A stretch of DNA of 64,000 bases from NCBI GenBank assembly GCA_951406725.2, contig OX597834.1, positions 45,198,001 through 45,262,000 of the forward strand, written 5' to 3'. The position numbers were made by a program, and so were the translations under genes. The notes under the pieces were generated by a model. That model had not been told where the DNA came from. It made no database searches and worked only from the letters and a program-made list of their open reading frames with translations. The DNA comes from Octopus vulgaris (taxonomy: Eukaryota). Shown here one piece after another: positions 13,226-27,387 of the stretch (positions are counted from its first letter, which is position 1; each line of letters opens with the position of its first letter).

Positions 13226-13890
13226 TTGAACAGAAAGGGTGCCGAGGATAGTAAGATGGAGTTTAGACTGCCAAAAAGTGCTAAGATGTTGATGAGACGA
13301 GGGAAAAGTTTCCAGGACAGAAGCCATATTGGTGAAATGATGAACGCAGTTCGTCTTCGTTGTAGCTATAAATACCTGGGAATACTTGAGGCAGATGGAA
13401 TCAAAGACAATGAATGACAAGAAGGAAAAGACAAAACGAGAGTCCCTGCGGCGAGTGGGGAAAATATTGGCTTCAAAGATGAATGCCAGAATCATAATTT
13501 CGGCCATAAACTCGCGCGCAGTCGCAGTAGTTTGGAACGGTGCTGGAATCCTGAAGTGGACGGAGGAGGAGCTAAAGGAGACAAACAGGAAGTCGAGAAA
13601 GCTCCTAACGATGCGTGGAGCCCATTATCCATGTGCAGACACTGATCGTTTATACATGAAGAGACCAAATAGAGGAAGGGGACTGAGAAGTGTGAAAGAC
13701 TGCGTGCGTATCGAAATCGAGAGTTTAATGAGATACGTAGCCCAAAGTAAGGATACCTAGGTAGTGGCAGTTAGAAACGAGGAAATATTGCCCCTACAGA
13801 AGAAAGGAACACTAAAAGAAGAGACAGAGAATATTATTCTGGCAGTGCAAGACCAAGCTTTGGCTACGAAATGGAGTGTCAACCTTTGGA
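13226..13890 (+). pseudogene. R4/Dong-clade non-LTR retrotransposon RT fragment (frameshifted, internally deleted)
   Basis: MEFRLPKSAKMLMRRGK, YKYLGILEADGIK, RRVGKILASKMNARIIISAINSRAV, KLLTMRGAHYPCADTDRLYMKRPNRGRGL, KGTLKEETENIILAVQDQALAT. Confidence 0.85.
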
Positions 13891-13897
13891 ATGAGCA

Positions 13898-13954
<57 letters not shown>

Positions 13955-14046
13955 CACACATATATATATATCAACAGGTTTGATCGGGCTGTCATCACTT
14001 ATATCTGAATATCTATCTGCCAATCAATCAATCACTCAGTGAATCA

Positions 14047-14047
<1 letters not shown>

Positions 14048-14120
<73 letters not shown>

Positions 14121-14125
14121 TTATC
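14048..14125. repeat. (ATCT)n microsatellite
   Basis: Direct reading. Confidence 0.95.
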
Positions 14126-15342
14126 TATTTGTCTCTCTCTCTCTCTGTTTCTCTCTCTATGTATTTATGTGTGCGTGTGTGTGCGTGTGTGTGTGTATGT
14201 ATAAGGAATAGATTATTTACAAAATCTTTGTAACTCTCATGTTTGAAAACACTAATTTCTTATCACTTACCATCGTTTTTTAAAAAAAAAAGCAACACGT
14301 GTGAAGTTTTTCAGTTCATGTTGATGAAGTTTTAAAATGCTTGACATTTTCTGAAGTATCCCACTCCGTCCTTGGTTCATACGATGTTCATTATATGAAT
14401 ACTATAACTTACTCCATATTTCTTATTAGCTTTTCCTCAAAATCTAACACGTAAGATATATGACTCGAAACTCCATTCAGTACTACTACGATAGACAAAG
14501 TAGATCCTGAAGAAAAAATATTCCATGCAAGAAAGAACCGTTTTAATGAAGCCTTCGTTCACTTAATTGTTCGTATTAGCATCAGATTTGATTCCAGATG
14601 TATTTGTTCAGTTTGTTTGCTTCAGAGTCTTTCTACTTGTCTCAGAGTTGACGCGCTAAATCTATAGCTAAACGACAGAGGTATTCTGCGCATGGAAACT
14701 TTTTGTTTTTTAATACTTGCTATAAAAATAGTGAAGCTTTTATTTCAACGGTGATATATGTCGACATTCATTTTACTAACAATACAATGCTGTACAATGC
14801 ACACAAGCAGATTATTACTTCAGCAAATCTGGAAAATTCTAGCAGCATAGAGATTTTAAGAGTATCAAGGATTACACAATTCAATATTTTTCTTCCAAGC
14901 TTTGCATCTTTCCGTCATTATTCTTATTGCTCTGAGAGCAATAAATCCTAAACGTTAACTCATTTCGTATTTAATGAGTTATTATAATAATAAATTCAAC
15001 AATTATTGCATTTCCCATCAGACGATAAGAAAGATATAAATGGAAACACATCATTAATATTCCAGGGCGTTCATTTCAATAATTTTTAAATAATTTTATG
15101 AGCACATGAAATCATTTCATCAGTAAGGTTTAATCCAAATTAATCCAGTTATACGGATCGTCGTAATTGGTTAAGTGTGAGTTTGCGAATATTCGTTTTT
15201 AACGCGGCATAAATATGGAGTCGTAATGCTACTGGCAACGTGCCGTGCATTTAAATCAAGTCATAGGTTATGCCTACATACGTACATTCACACATACATA
15301 TATACATGCATTTATACATACATATGTATATACATATGTATG

Positions 15343-15377
15343 TAGATAGATAGATAGACAGACAGACGTAAAGGTAG

Positions 15378-15408
<31 letters not shown>

Positions 15409-15422
15409 GATAGATAGATAGG

Positions 15423-15473
<51 letters not shown>

Positions 15474-15474
15474 G

Positions 15475-15571
<97 letters not shown>

Positions 15572-15612
15572 GGATGGATAGATAGATATATTAGATAGAT
15601 AGATAAATAGAT
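15343..15612. repeat. (GATA)n microsatellite
   Basis: Direct reading. Confidence 0.95.
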
Positions 15613-16162
15613 ATAATAGATGACAGCCCGATCAAATTGCCTCTACAATGGATGCGGGCTTAAGAAAGCCTTGTAAGTGAACTGGAAGGATAGAAACTGT
15701 AAGAAGCCAGTTGATATATATATATGTCTGTATATATATGTGTGTGTGTGTATTCATATATATATTTATAAGCATGTATGTGTGTGCGCGCGCGTGTGTG
15801 TAGGGGTTTATTTTAATAGGGATTTGAACTTCCCTTAATGAAATTATGTAGGATATAGATATCCATTTGTAGGCGCATCACATTTCTTGCTGAAATGATT
15901 TTCGTCTCACCAGTTCATCTCCATGGTAACATTAATATGACTCTGACCCGATACTCCAAAAATCATTTTTGATGCATGAGCTACCTGGAACTGCCTGTAG
16001 TATGCTCACATACACGACAGCACATTAAAAAATATGGACGAAATCCCAGTCGCCTAACATACCATGTCCTTCCTTCTCCTTTTGAATTGCGTGGTCTGAT
16101 GACAATACCTCGAGTGTCATGACAAAATTTACCCAGAATGTAACGTAAATATTTATCTGACA

Positions 16163-16392
16163 ACAATCTTCGCCATACCGTGGTTCAGACATCACGGTTC
16201 ACCTATCGCGGTTTACCTATCGTAGTTTATTATTTAAGCTTGCGTCGATTCCTCGGACGTGTTGTTTTGCATTTATAGTAAAAGAAATACAAATTATAAA
16301 AATAATTTTTAAAATGTTTTTTCTACTTCACGAATTTTCACCTATCGCGGGGTTTGTGAATGTATCACCCGCGATAGTCGAGGGATTACTAT
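16163..16392. mobile_element. pogo/Tigger-like MITE remnant
   Basis: Right end ccgcgatagtcgagggattacta resembles a CAGTA-type TIR. The internal motif tcacctatcgcgg is repeated. The left TIR is degenerate. Confidence 0.5.
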
Positions 16393-16499
16393 ACATATAT
16401 TTTTTTCAAAATTTAAATCTAAGTATTCTATTGTATCGTAAAAGAAATACTCTAACGACATATATAGTATAAACATTTATCCTCGACAAAATGAGTTGG

Positions 16500-16982
16500 C
16501 AGTTATCGCAGTAAATGCTACGCAAATCCAAGTCTTCCGAACTAAGTTTATAATCTATAGATAATAAATCTGACATATACTTCATAATTAAATTAAGCTC
16601 TACACTTGTTTTAATTTTATAATCATCATGATTTTTGTATTGGCGTAATTTGCTTACATAATTTATAAAAGCGATGTGTTAACCACACCGTCGTAATATA
16701 TGGTAATGAAGTAACAATTACAGATTGAATTGCAAACGAATACATCTATTAATATTTTAATGCATAATAATGTACACAAATATTACTTCATGTTCATCAT
16801 AACTTTCACATAGCTATATCGAATGTTACTCGACTTGCCACTAATTTTAACTGGTAACAATGTATGCTTTAAAAAAAAAATCAGATTCCTTAGAGTGTGA
16901 TAATGATAAAAATTACAAGAATTACTAATTGGTAAAATGGAACCAAAACTTAAAAGAATTTCAAGATTTTAAAAGGTACATT
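16500..16982. repeat. Left arm of a long inverted repeat (partner 18178-19067)
   Basis: 16500-16855 is the reverse complement of 18712-19067 (7 mismatches by manual comparison). 16880-16982 matches 18178-18280 more loosely. Confidence 0.95.
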
Positions 16983-17471
16983 TGGATATAGACGTGCAGA
17001 CATGTATACATTTAGAAAAACGTTTTTGAACGTATATTAATAAGCTATATGATGGCGTGTACACTGTTATTTCAAAGAGGAAGTCGTATGAACAATTTTA
17101 TGTTAAAATCAAAAAACATCGTTAGTGGCTATACGCATTACTCTTTAATGTAGACTGACAGATATAGCTTTAGGATTGATAGGAATATTTTTCTATGGTC
17201 TTTAAATGTCAAATAAGATTCACGTTACATTGACAATCGTACACTGATAGGAAACATTAAATTCGGTACCGTTTCATTTGTTTCAAAACATGATTAAGAT
17301 GGTGCGTGTTAGAAATGCTTCTTAGCGTTGGTAACACTGTCTATGTATATAGATAAACACGCACACAAACACACATATATAATTTTTATCTACACAACCA
17401 ACATTTCTATGCTTTTTCACATTAAATCTTATATATATATGTATGTATGTGTGTATGTATATATGCTTGTA

Positions 17472-17516
<45 letters not shown>

Positions 17517-17638
17517 GTGTGTGTGCCTACGTTTGTGTGTGTGTGTAAACTTTGGTGCCTTGTTGTACCACTATTCCACTATATTTATATAGACATATCT
17601 ATATATACATGTATATATATATACATGAATAAATATAT

Positions 17639-17860
17639 ATTCGAGGGGCTGCTGTATATCTTCTATCCATAAATGTATCGCAAATGGCCTGGCTGGACGC
17701 CGAAACTTCCGAGTTCTTTTACAGGACTAAGGAAAACCGATGGAGCACAGAGACAAGTGTGTGATTCTGAGAGGTGAATATGTTGAATAAAATCATAGTT
17801 ATCTGCTCCTACTCTATTTCCTTTTACCCAGAGCCATAAACTCCTCAGTACACCCTCGTA
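17639..17860 (+). mobile_element. Internally deleted mariner-like element
   Basis: Ends ttcgaggggctgctg and cagtacaccctcgta resemble tacgaggg-type TIRs. It encodes the transposase C-terminal remnant DKCVILRGEYVE*. Confidence 0.65.
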
Positions 17861-17876
17861 TGTATGTATATATATA

Positions 17877-17907
<31 letters not shown>

Positions 17908-17910
17908 ATG

Positions 17911-17941
<31 letters not shown>

Positions 17942-18177
17942 ATGCATATGCATATATATGTGTGTGTGTGTTTGAGAGTGAGAGAGAGAGAGAGAGGGGG
18001 ATCTGGATTTAGAAATTTGAATCGCCCCAATGATTAGCACATTATCAAAATCTGTTGAAGGAACTCGGTCCATATATTCGAATCTCGTTGGATTCGTATC
18101 AACGACCACTGCATAACTTTGACAAGTCAGACAATCAAGGAGACACTCTCTTTATAGATGCTATCAAGTGGTGCTAT

Positions 18178-18399
18178 TAATGTATCTTTGAAAAATCTTG
18201 AGAATGTTTCAGGTTTTGATTCCTTTTTACCAATTAGTAATTCTTGTAATTTATTACACACTGAGGAAACTGATTTTTCACATGGTTTCGGGTTCATTCC
18301 CACTGCGTGGCACCTTCGGAAAGTGTCTTCTGCTATACCCTCGGGCCGATCAAAGCCTTGTGAATGGATATGGTAGACAGAAATTGAAAGAAGCCCGTC

Positions 18400-18498
<99 letters not shown>

Positions 18499-19067
18499 TC
18501 TATATGTATGTGTGTCTGTGTTTGTACCCTCAACATTGCTTGATAATGATGGTGGTGTATTTACGTCCCCGTAACTTAGCGGTTGGTTAAAATAGACCAA
18601 TAGAATATGTACTAGGCTTACAGAGAATATGTCCTGGGGTCGATTTGCTCAACTAAATGCGGTGCTCCAGCATGGCCTCAGTCAAATGACCGAAACAATT
18701 GGAAGAGAGTAACCAGTTAAAATTAGTGGCAAGTCGAGTAACATTCGGTATAGCTATGTGAAAGTTATGATGACTATGAAGTAATAGATGGGTACATTAT
18801 TATGTATTAAAATATTAATAGATGTATTCGTTTGCAATTCAATCTGTAATTGTTACTTCATTACCATATATTACGACGGTGTGGTTAACACATCGCTTTT
18901 ATAAATTATGTAAGCAAATTACGCCAATACAAAAATCATGATGATTATAAAATTAAAACAAGTGTAGAGCTTAATTTAATTATGAAGTATATGTCAGATT
19001 TATTATCTATAGATTATAAACTTAGTTCGGAAGACTTGGATTTGCGTAGCATTTACTGCGATAACTG
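18178..19067. repeat. Right arm of the long inverted repeat, interrupted by a SINE
   Basis: See the left arm. The SINE occupies 18279-18711. Confidence 0.9.
18279..18711 (+). mobile_element. SINE copy (family of 1026-1452), 5'-truncated
   Basis: Collinear with 1068-1430, including the internal microsatellite and the 3' tail. Confidence 0.85.
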
Positions 19068-19865
19068 ACATATATTTAACAAAATTACATAAAAATATCT
19101 TGGAAAATTAAAGAATAGTTTTATTCCGTAAGATTGCCATTGGCTTCAGCCACGGCCTCCAGACAACTTCGGAATCTTCTAGAACTCTTCTGGAAGGTCA
19201 CCTTGTTTAAGTTGACGAATGCTGCCATAATCCTTGCCTTTTAATTCATCGCTGGTGTTTCAAGGAGTTTTTTGGGTCTCCCGCTCAACTGCGCCCCACA
19301 CATAATAAACAAGGGGTTTGTAATTTGGGAAGTTAGGTAGCCAGATGTTAGGGGTGATATGACTGCAGAAATTGTATGACGGCCATGACTGGGTTCTCAT
19401 GCATTTTTGGCATGGTGCAGAGTCTTGTTGCCACACATAGGGTCTCATGACACGTGGCAGCATTACCTTCTCAAAGCACTTGATGTAGGCCTCAATCAGT
19501 GTGGGATGAGTAATGGAGACATAACTTAGCCATCACCAGTGGTTACATCAAACGCCGTGATGTTGATTGTGGATGCTTGATTTTTATCACCCCCGGAACA
19601 TGTTTTCTAGATTGCACTCTTCTCAGATTAACACCCAAGAGTCTGAAATGTTCGTATTGGATGTTCCGTTGCGAACGCAACAAATACAGCATGTCGTTTT
19701 CAAAATCCTGGCAGTGGGAATTATGAAATAGTGCTGTCTTTCTCTCAGACGGTGCCCACCTGACCCTAGTGTACTTTGTTGTCGACAAAATCAAAATCAA
19801 ACAACAATGTGCATGCGCGAAAATAAAAATCTAAAATGGCGACAATATACCCATCGTATCCTGTA
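19068..19865 (-). mobile_element. Tc1/mariner-superfamily (maT/DD37D-like) transposon remnant
   Basis: YVWQQDSAPC..TQSW...NIWLPNFPNYKPLVYYVWGAVERET catalytic region. One TIR-like end (tacaggatacgatgggtatattgtcgccatttt) at ~19833-19865. Confidence 0.8.
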
Positions 19866-19903
19866 TATATGTATATGTATATATATATGTATATATGTAA
19901 ATG

Positions 19904-19964
<61 letters not shown>

Positions 19965-20528
19965 GTATATATATATATTAGAAATATCTGTCTATATATA
20001 AATATATATATATGTTAAAATATGTGTCTCTCAGTGTGTCTGTGTATTTGCATATGTGCGCATGCGTAAGCATGTCTGTGTGTCTATGTCTATGTGTATA
20101 TGTTTGCTGTGTTTATTATCTTACTGGGGTGGATTTTTAAACAACGTTTTTTTCTTCAATATATCCTTTCATCAGGCGCAACGTTTTTGCCTCATCCCTC
20201 TCCGTCCTTGTCTAACCATATTTGTACAGCAGCTCATCTCTTGCGCAAAACGATATAAGAGAACATGGCTCCATAAATGAACACATCATGCTGGCAAAGA
20301 TGAAAGCGGTTGTTGTTGTTATTTGTACTGTTGTCGAGGCTGGTGTTTTCTTTGTTGTTGTCATCGCTGTTGCTTTTGTTATTATTTTTGTTGTTGCTGT
20401 TGATGCCCTTCGTTTTCTTCTTGTTCTATTCCTCCTCCTCCCTTTCTCTTCCTTTTCTCTTCTATTTTCTTATTCTTCTTCTTTTTTCTTCTCTTTATTG
20501 TTTTTGTTGCTGTTACTACTACTACTAC

Positions 20529-20569
<41 letters not shown>

Positions 20570-20648
20570 TTGCTATTATTATGAGATTTTTATTATTGCT
20601 CTTGTTCCTGTTCTTTATTATTGTTATTGCTTGTACTATCATTTCTCA

Positions 20649-20685
<37 letters not shown>

Positions 20686-20882
20686 GTCGTGGATATTTTT
20701 GCCTGATATCCGGCAGCTTGTCATCATCTATATTTAAAACTTTAAAATGACAGTTAAACGAGATAATGAATAAAGGAAGACATTGAACCGAGGCTATTAA
20801 AAATACATTGGAACCTATATCGATAATTGGGTAAGAATGCCTGGAGAGGGAGCAGGTCAGAGAGGATAAGGTAGAGAAAGGG

Positions 20883-20920
<38 letters not shown>

Positions 20921-21050
20921 AGAGAAAGCGGGGGTAAAAGGGAGCGTTTAAACCTGGGTAGGCTTTTTCCAATATATTGTGTATTAAAGGAAAAATGAAA
21001 TTGCTTAGAAATATACAGCATCACATAGGCGAACCCGTGCATATATAATG

Positions 21051-21151
<101 letters not shown>

Positions 21152-21349
21152 TATATATATTGTATATATATATATATACATACCTATATATACACGCAAG
21201 CAACGCCTTTATACACACAGTCATAAAAGAATGAAAGCAGAAACATGTAATATATTACAGAAATATGTAATATACGTATTTATATATACACATAGACGCA
21301 CATGTATGTATATATAAATATATGTATATATATGTGTATATATTTATGC

Positions 21350-21403
<54 letters not shown>

Positions 21404-21416
21404 ATATATATATATT

Positions 21417-21449
<33 letters not shown>

Positions 21450-22110
21450 GCATATATTCTCCTTTTTTATTTATTATTACTATGTTTTTACTGTTTTGTG
21501 TTTGTTTCTTTTTTATATTTCTGCAGCCTTTTAAAATCTCGAACTGATATCGCTTTAAGATTCGTTTTTATTGCCGTTATATAGCCAGATTATGGTTTTA
21601 CAGTAAAGATCTATATATCGCTTTATCTGCATGTGTAGACGTGTTCACGTGCTGGAAGGTTTGTGTACCGATTTGTGTACACATGCATATGTTTCTACAT
21701 ATACTTAGAAACCATTCACGACCACCACAAACGCTCATATATCATCAGACATAAGTATAATTATATATATGTATATACCTATTTACATATATCTACATAC
21801 ATATACACAGGCACAAATATATATATATATATATATATAGACATGTCTATGCGTGATTGCGTATGAGTGTGTATGGGTGCGTACGTATGCGTGTGTCTGT
21901 TTGTTTGCCTGTCTGTGTCTGTGTACATATTATTACGTTACAAAAGAATTATGAATGCATATGAAGCTTACACGGAAACCATAAACAGAGTGACACACTG
22001 TATGTTATCTAGCACACACTCAGCAGATGCAACAACGTATACGCATATGTGTACTTACATGCATATATACACACCCACACACACATATATATATATGTAA
22101 ATATATATGC

Positions 22111-22149
<39 letters not shown>

Positions 22150-22184
22150 CATATATATATAGAGATAGATACGTAGATAGATAG

Positions 22185-22228
<44 letters not shown>

Positions 22229-22243
22229 ATATATAGATAATTG

Positions 22244-22282
<39 letters not shown>

Positions 22283-22317
22283 GTATACATATGCATATAA
22301 ATGTATATATGTATATA

Positions 22318-22361
<44 letters not shown>

Positions 22362-22364
<3 letters not shown>

Positions 22365-22600
22365 TCATCATCATCATTTAGCGTCCGCTTTCCATGCTAG
22401 CATGGGTTGGACGGGTCGACTGGGGTCTGGGAAGCCAGAAGGCTGCACCAGGTCCAGTCTGATCTGGCAGTGTTTCTACGACTGGATGCCCTTCCTAACG
22501 CCAACTACTCCGTGAGTGTAGTGGATGCTTTTTATGTGCCACCGGCATAGTTGCCAGACGGGGCTGGCAAACGGCCACGATCGGATGATGCTTTTTTTAA
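22362..22600 (-). mobile_element. SINE 3' half ending in an (ATG)n tail
   Basis: Reverse complement contains ttggcgttaggaagggcatccagtcgtagaaac...ccaacccatgctagcatggaaagcggacgctaaatgatgatg, a widespread SINE body motif plus tail. Confidence 0.7.
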
Positions 22601-22836
22601 AACTCTGCCTAGGTTTCTGAGCAGATATCGCCAAGCTTTTGGTAAAATTCTGACGCAGCTTCTCTGTTCATCTTTCTCTGTCATTGTCAATGCGACGATC
22701 ACACGCTACACACCTTCCTTCCATGCACTGTTGTAAACAGCAAAAGTGAGCTAGAACGTTCAAATTTTAAGCACGGGCACGACAGAATTCAAGATCGATA
22801 TTTGCCAAGCGGCTCCACTCTGTGTGCCCTATAGTC

Positions 22837-22850
22837 GTTACTATAGCAAC
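22837..22850. promoter_or_regulatory. RFX X-box-like palindrome GTTACTATAGCAAC
   Basis: Close to the X-box consensus and located in unique sequence. Function is not shown. Confidence 0.25.
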
Positions 22851-23989
22851 AGTCCAGTTGTTTATTGATCAGACCAGGCACATGCCTATACAGGGACCCT
22901 TTGACAGAGACACACAAGCTCACATTCACACAGTTATGCATTCACACAAGTAAATTATCTCACAATACACACTCATGCTGGCAAACATGCATAAAGCACG
23001 CCTCGAGGCATAGACATACAGACCGACACTTACAAAACACACCTACGGACGGATAGCCATCCCCATCGGGGAGCAAAACTCTCACACACGCACTTATGTA
23101 CTACACCGGAAACACTTTCACGCATGCATATGTACATACACATGAATATCTGGCATACAAACGCACTTACAAATACGCATGCTTCAATACACACATGTTC
23201 ACAAACTCAGACACATATATCTACTCTCTTAGACACACAAGCACACAATCACAAGCCACATATAAACACATACACGCACAAACGCAACTCATCCCCCCAC
23301 ACACATATTTGCTTACATACGTGCACATATACAGACAAATATACCCAGATATGCAAACATTGACGCTAAAGCGCATGCGCGTTCTCCTATCCGTTAACCT
23401 ACATATTATCTTGACGCTGTATTTGTCCTACACTCTAAACTGTCGTTTTATTTACCATGTAACCATATTACCAAATGTTTACCGAATCTCCTCATATATT
23501 GAAGTATAACCGTAAATAAACAGACACTCAGACCAACGCCACTATATTCAGCAGTTTCACTATTATGACTTTGTAAACAAGCAAGAATATGTTCTTGCTT
23601 GATTTATTAGAAATGACTGCAAAGTATCCTTTAACATGTAGCCAGCGAGATTTATATTTGGGAAGAGGATAACCTCCATCCGTTAGTAACTGTTTGAAGC
23701 ATAAATATTGTTTAGTTTTTCTCCACTAAAACTATTTTTTCGCCGTATCCTTCCGATCAAACGACAACTGTCAGAAACTTCGAGCGTACTATGCATTTCT
23801 TTCAAACCCCATCGCTTTGTGATTCAGATTAAGAACGCAAAAGCCTTGGGGGTTTCACCGTAGAGAAAAAAATATTATTTAGGCCAGCTTTTACGTTTTT
23901 TTAGAGCACTTTCCGATAGAAAAGAGATCCGTCAGTCAATACTACACTTCTTGGGTTGGTAGGAGGTCGAATTTATCATGGATCGATTA

Positions 23990-24480
23990 ACAGATCTTTT
24001 TCTTTGACATCGAAAATCCTGATCCTGGATAATACACGAAATTTGCAAGCATAGCGCCATATTGCATCTTCTTTGCACAATTATCGTCTGCAGTGCACAT
24101 AATGGACCTCCGATTTCAACGACGATTGCTGTATTTCCGGCAGACGAAGTTTGGGTGTTAGGAATGTATTTGATGATGAAAACCGCCACTTGTGTATTTT
24201 CAGTTTAGGTATATTGGTATTTAATACTCTTCGTAGACATTTCATCACAAACGTGGTCGTTGTCGTCACGGTGCCTTGAAAGAGACATGCGTCGGCGATC
24301 GATTAAATGCAACCAATTTTCTGCACTCCACAATCCTGAGTGTATATATGGAATGCGCAGTATACGCGGTATTAACCGCAAATTTCCGAACTGCTTCAGG
24401 GCAAGATCTTCCGTTCATGACACCATTTTTATAAAGTTCTGTCCACAAAATAACGACATTTAAAAGAATAGATGTTCTGT
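23990..24480 (-). pseudogene. Possible highly decayed RTE-type LINE RT C-terminal fragment
   Basis: FVMKCLRRVLN resembles the RTE F.M.CLRRIL motif. The rest is heavily degraded. Confidence 0.35.
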
Positions 24481-24599
24481 AATCAACAATCATTGTAGGA
24501 TCAACAAATGTAGATTAGTATTATGGCATTCTGTAGAAAACCACAAATGAGAAAGAATGTCCTCCTTACAGTGTATCACTAACATCTCTTTCTACTGCA

Positions 24600-24940
24600 A
24601 GAACAAAGAGTAAACTTTTTCGGGTTATTGCCTATTCGATTTCATTGACCCCTTTGTCCATGTTTAACATTTTGTTTTCGATCCCGAAGAAATAATAGGC
24701 ATAGTCGACTTTATCATTGAATGTTTCGCATTTTAACACAAGGCCAGCAAATTTAGGTCGTGAGGTTATTCGATTACATCGACCTCAGCATTCAACTGGT
24801 ACTTCATATTATCGACCCTGAAGGGAGGAAAGAGCAAATTCGGCTTCGGCAGCATTCGGACTCTGAATGTAGTGCCGAAAGTAATGCTACAAAATATTTT
24901 GTTCGGAATGATAAGGTATTAGCCATCTCACCACCGCCCT
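24600..24940 (-). mobile_element. Diverged Nin-domain-like SINE pieces
   Basis: cgattacatcgacctcagcattcaactggtactt...atcgaccctgaaggga aligns with 35795-35850. Confidence 0.6.
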
Positions 24941-25283
24941 CAACATAACGATACACCAATGACTAGAAACACTGTACTGGTTTTCACATTCCTTTTGTTT
25001 GTTTTGTGTTGTCACAAGGTTTTTGTAAACCCCGGTAACTTCCGGCTGCACAAAAATAGAGGGTCACTTACGGAAGACATGTTATTATCGTTCTCCTATT
25101 GAAGTTTTGACTTAAATTTCAGGCCAGAATTTTCAGGGACTGGGTAGCTCGATTACATTTATCGCAGTGGTCAACAGAAAGGCAGAAAATTCTCAGCACA
25201 AAATCGTATAACCATACACACACGTGTGTGTGTATATATATTCATTCAATCGGTTGAGTTATATAAAGTGGATAGTGGATATC

Positions 25284-25379
<96 letters not shown>

Positions 25380-25402
25380 TATATATATGTATATATATAT
25401 AG

Positions 25403-25433
<31 letters not shown>

Positions 25434-25507
25434 CGCATATGTATGTCTCTCTCTATATATATCTATATATATATAGATATATACATGTATATATATATGT
25501 GTGTGTG

Positions 25508-25666
25508 TACGATGGGATTATTTCCGTTTCCATCTACGAATTCCACTCGCAAGGCTTTAGGCTGCAACGGCAATAAACACTTTCCACTTATGCACTGTGC
25601 AATGAGACTGTACACACGATCACATGTTCGCGAACCGAGCCTGTTATGCACATAAGCTATGATTGC
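25508..25666 (-). mobile_element. Diverged SINE 5' half (family of 1026-1452)
   Basis: tacgatgggattatttccgtttccatctacgaattccactcgcaaggcttt is the reverse complement of the SINE body. Confidence 0.6.
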
Positions 25667-26119
25667 ATTCACCAAACCCCAAATTATGAAAACTATAATT
25701 TCCTCCAGCTTGAATCAAATACATATCGCATAGAGCGGGAACAAGCACCACAAAGCAACGTATTCGGCGTTGCAACACTTCTGTTAATTCAATTTTTAGA
25801 ATTCGCTTTCATTGCAATATTTTAATATGTTTTAGCTATTAGTATCTTCCGTGCAGACATTTTTTTTTTTAAAGTTAATTAATTAAATATGCTTTTAACA
25901 ATATTACAGCTTAGTTTCATTTTATTAGTACTCCACACTGAAATATTAGTCCATCGAGAACTGAGAGATGAGTGCATGGAGCGTAACCAAGTTAGAAAAG
26001 TATATTAGTGAAACACGAATTAGGCGGGACATAATGTTTTTTGTTCGTTAAACAACACGACGAAAGATAATGATTTATGACTGAAACAAGCACAACACTA
26101 GTCATGTATGAATGGAGAT

Positions 26120-26165
<46 letters not shown>

Positions 26166-26189
26166 ATATATATATATATAGGTATATAT

Positions 26190-26220
<31 letters not shown>

Positions 26221-26386
26221 TATATATGATCACACAAAAAGGCATACACATATAAATATCTGCATATGTATACACACACGCTTATGTATATACATATATA
26301 GATAGTAAATAGATAGGTATAAATTTGTATAAAATATGCATATATATATGTATGTATGTATTTGTATAATACATAAACATATGCCC

Positions 26387-26443
<57 letters not shown>

Positions 26444-26579
26444 ATATACTATATATATATAGATACATATAAGTATGTAAATATATATATACATGCATAC
26501 ATATAGGTATATGTGTATACACACGTACATACATACATATATATTTGTACATTTGTGTATATATATATATGTATGTATG

Positions 26580-26629
<50 letters not shown>

Positions 26630-27167
26630 CACTCAGGCAGGCACACATGCAAATGCACACACACAATTACATACGCACGCACACGCACACACACATGCAC
26701 ACACACACATACACAAACACACACATATATATATATATATATATATGATGCATAGCAACGATTAAGCCATTATCCCAAACATCATACTCATACGTTGAGC
26801 TATCGATTCTGTTACACACGCGAAGAATTCTCTCATAATTTCGTATATTTTGACGACAAGACGAGATATTATTTTATCATGTACTCGTAGCTAGGAATAA
26901 CCAGCAATGGTACAATATGTCTTGCAGCAGGAAATATGCTTTTATTGGTTAGTTTGACATATTTATTACATGTATTCGACGTGGATGTATCAAATATTTA
27001 TTTACATAATAGAATCAGAGATGTTTTTACGATCCTTGTTATGGATCGTATTTCGTATGAAATATCATCAATGGAAACCGTTTTAATTGCTTAGTCGTTA
27101 TCGTAGACATATGGCATATGCCCCCACTTATGGATACATGCAAATATACAGAGATACATACGTATAC

Positions 27168-27198
<31 letters not shown>

Positions 27199-27316
27199 CA
27201 TATATACATATATAGATAGAAAGATATAGATATACACACATATCTATATATATAAACACATATATACATATATGGATATATTTTTATATATCACACACAC
27301 ACAAACACACACACAC

Positions 27317-27359
<43 letters not shown>

Positions 27360-27387
27360 TGTGTATGTATGTATATTTATGTATGTA

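Noticed and set aside
12530-13507. 203-aa and 296-aa ORFs with poly-H/I/N/Y/M
   Set aside because: Trinucleotide microsatellites plus the antisense of a LINE fragment.
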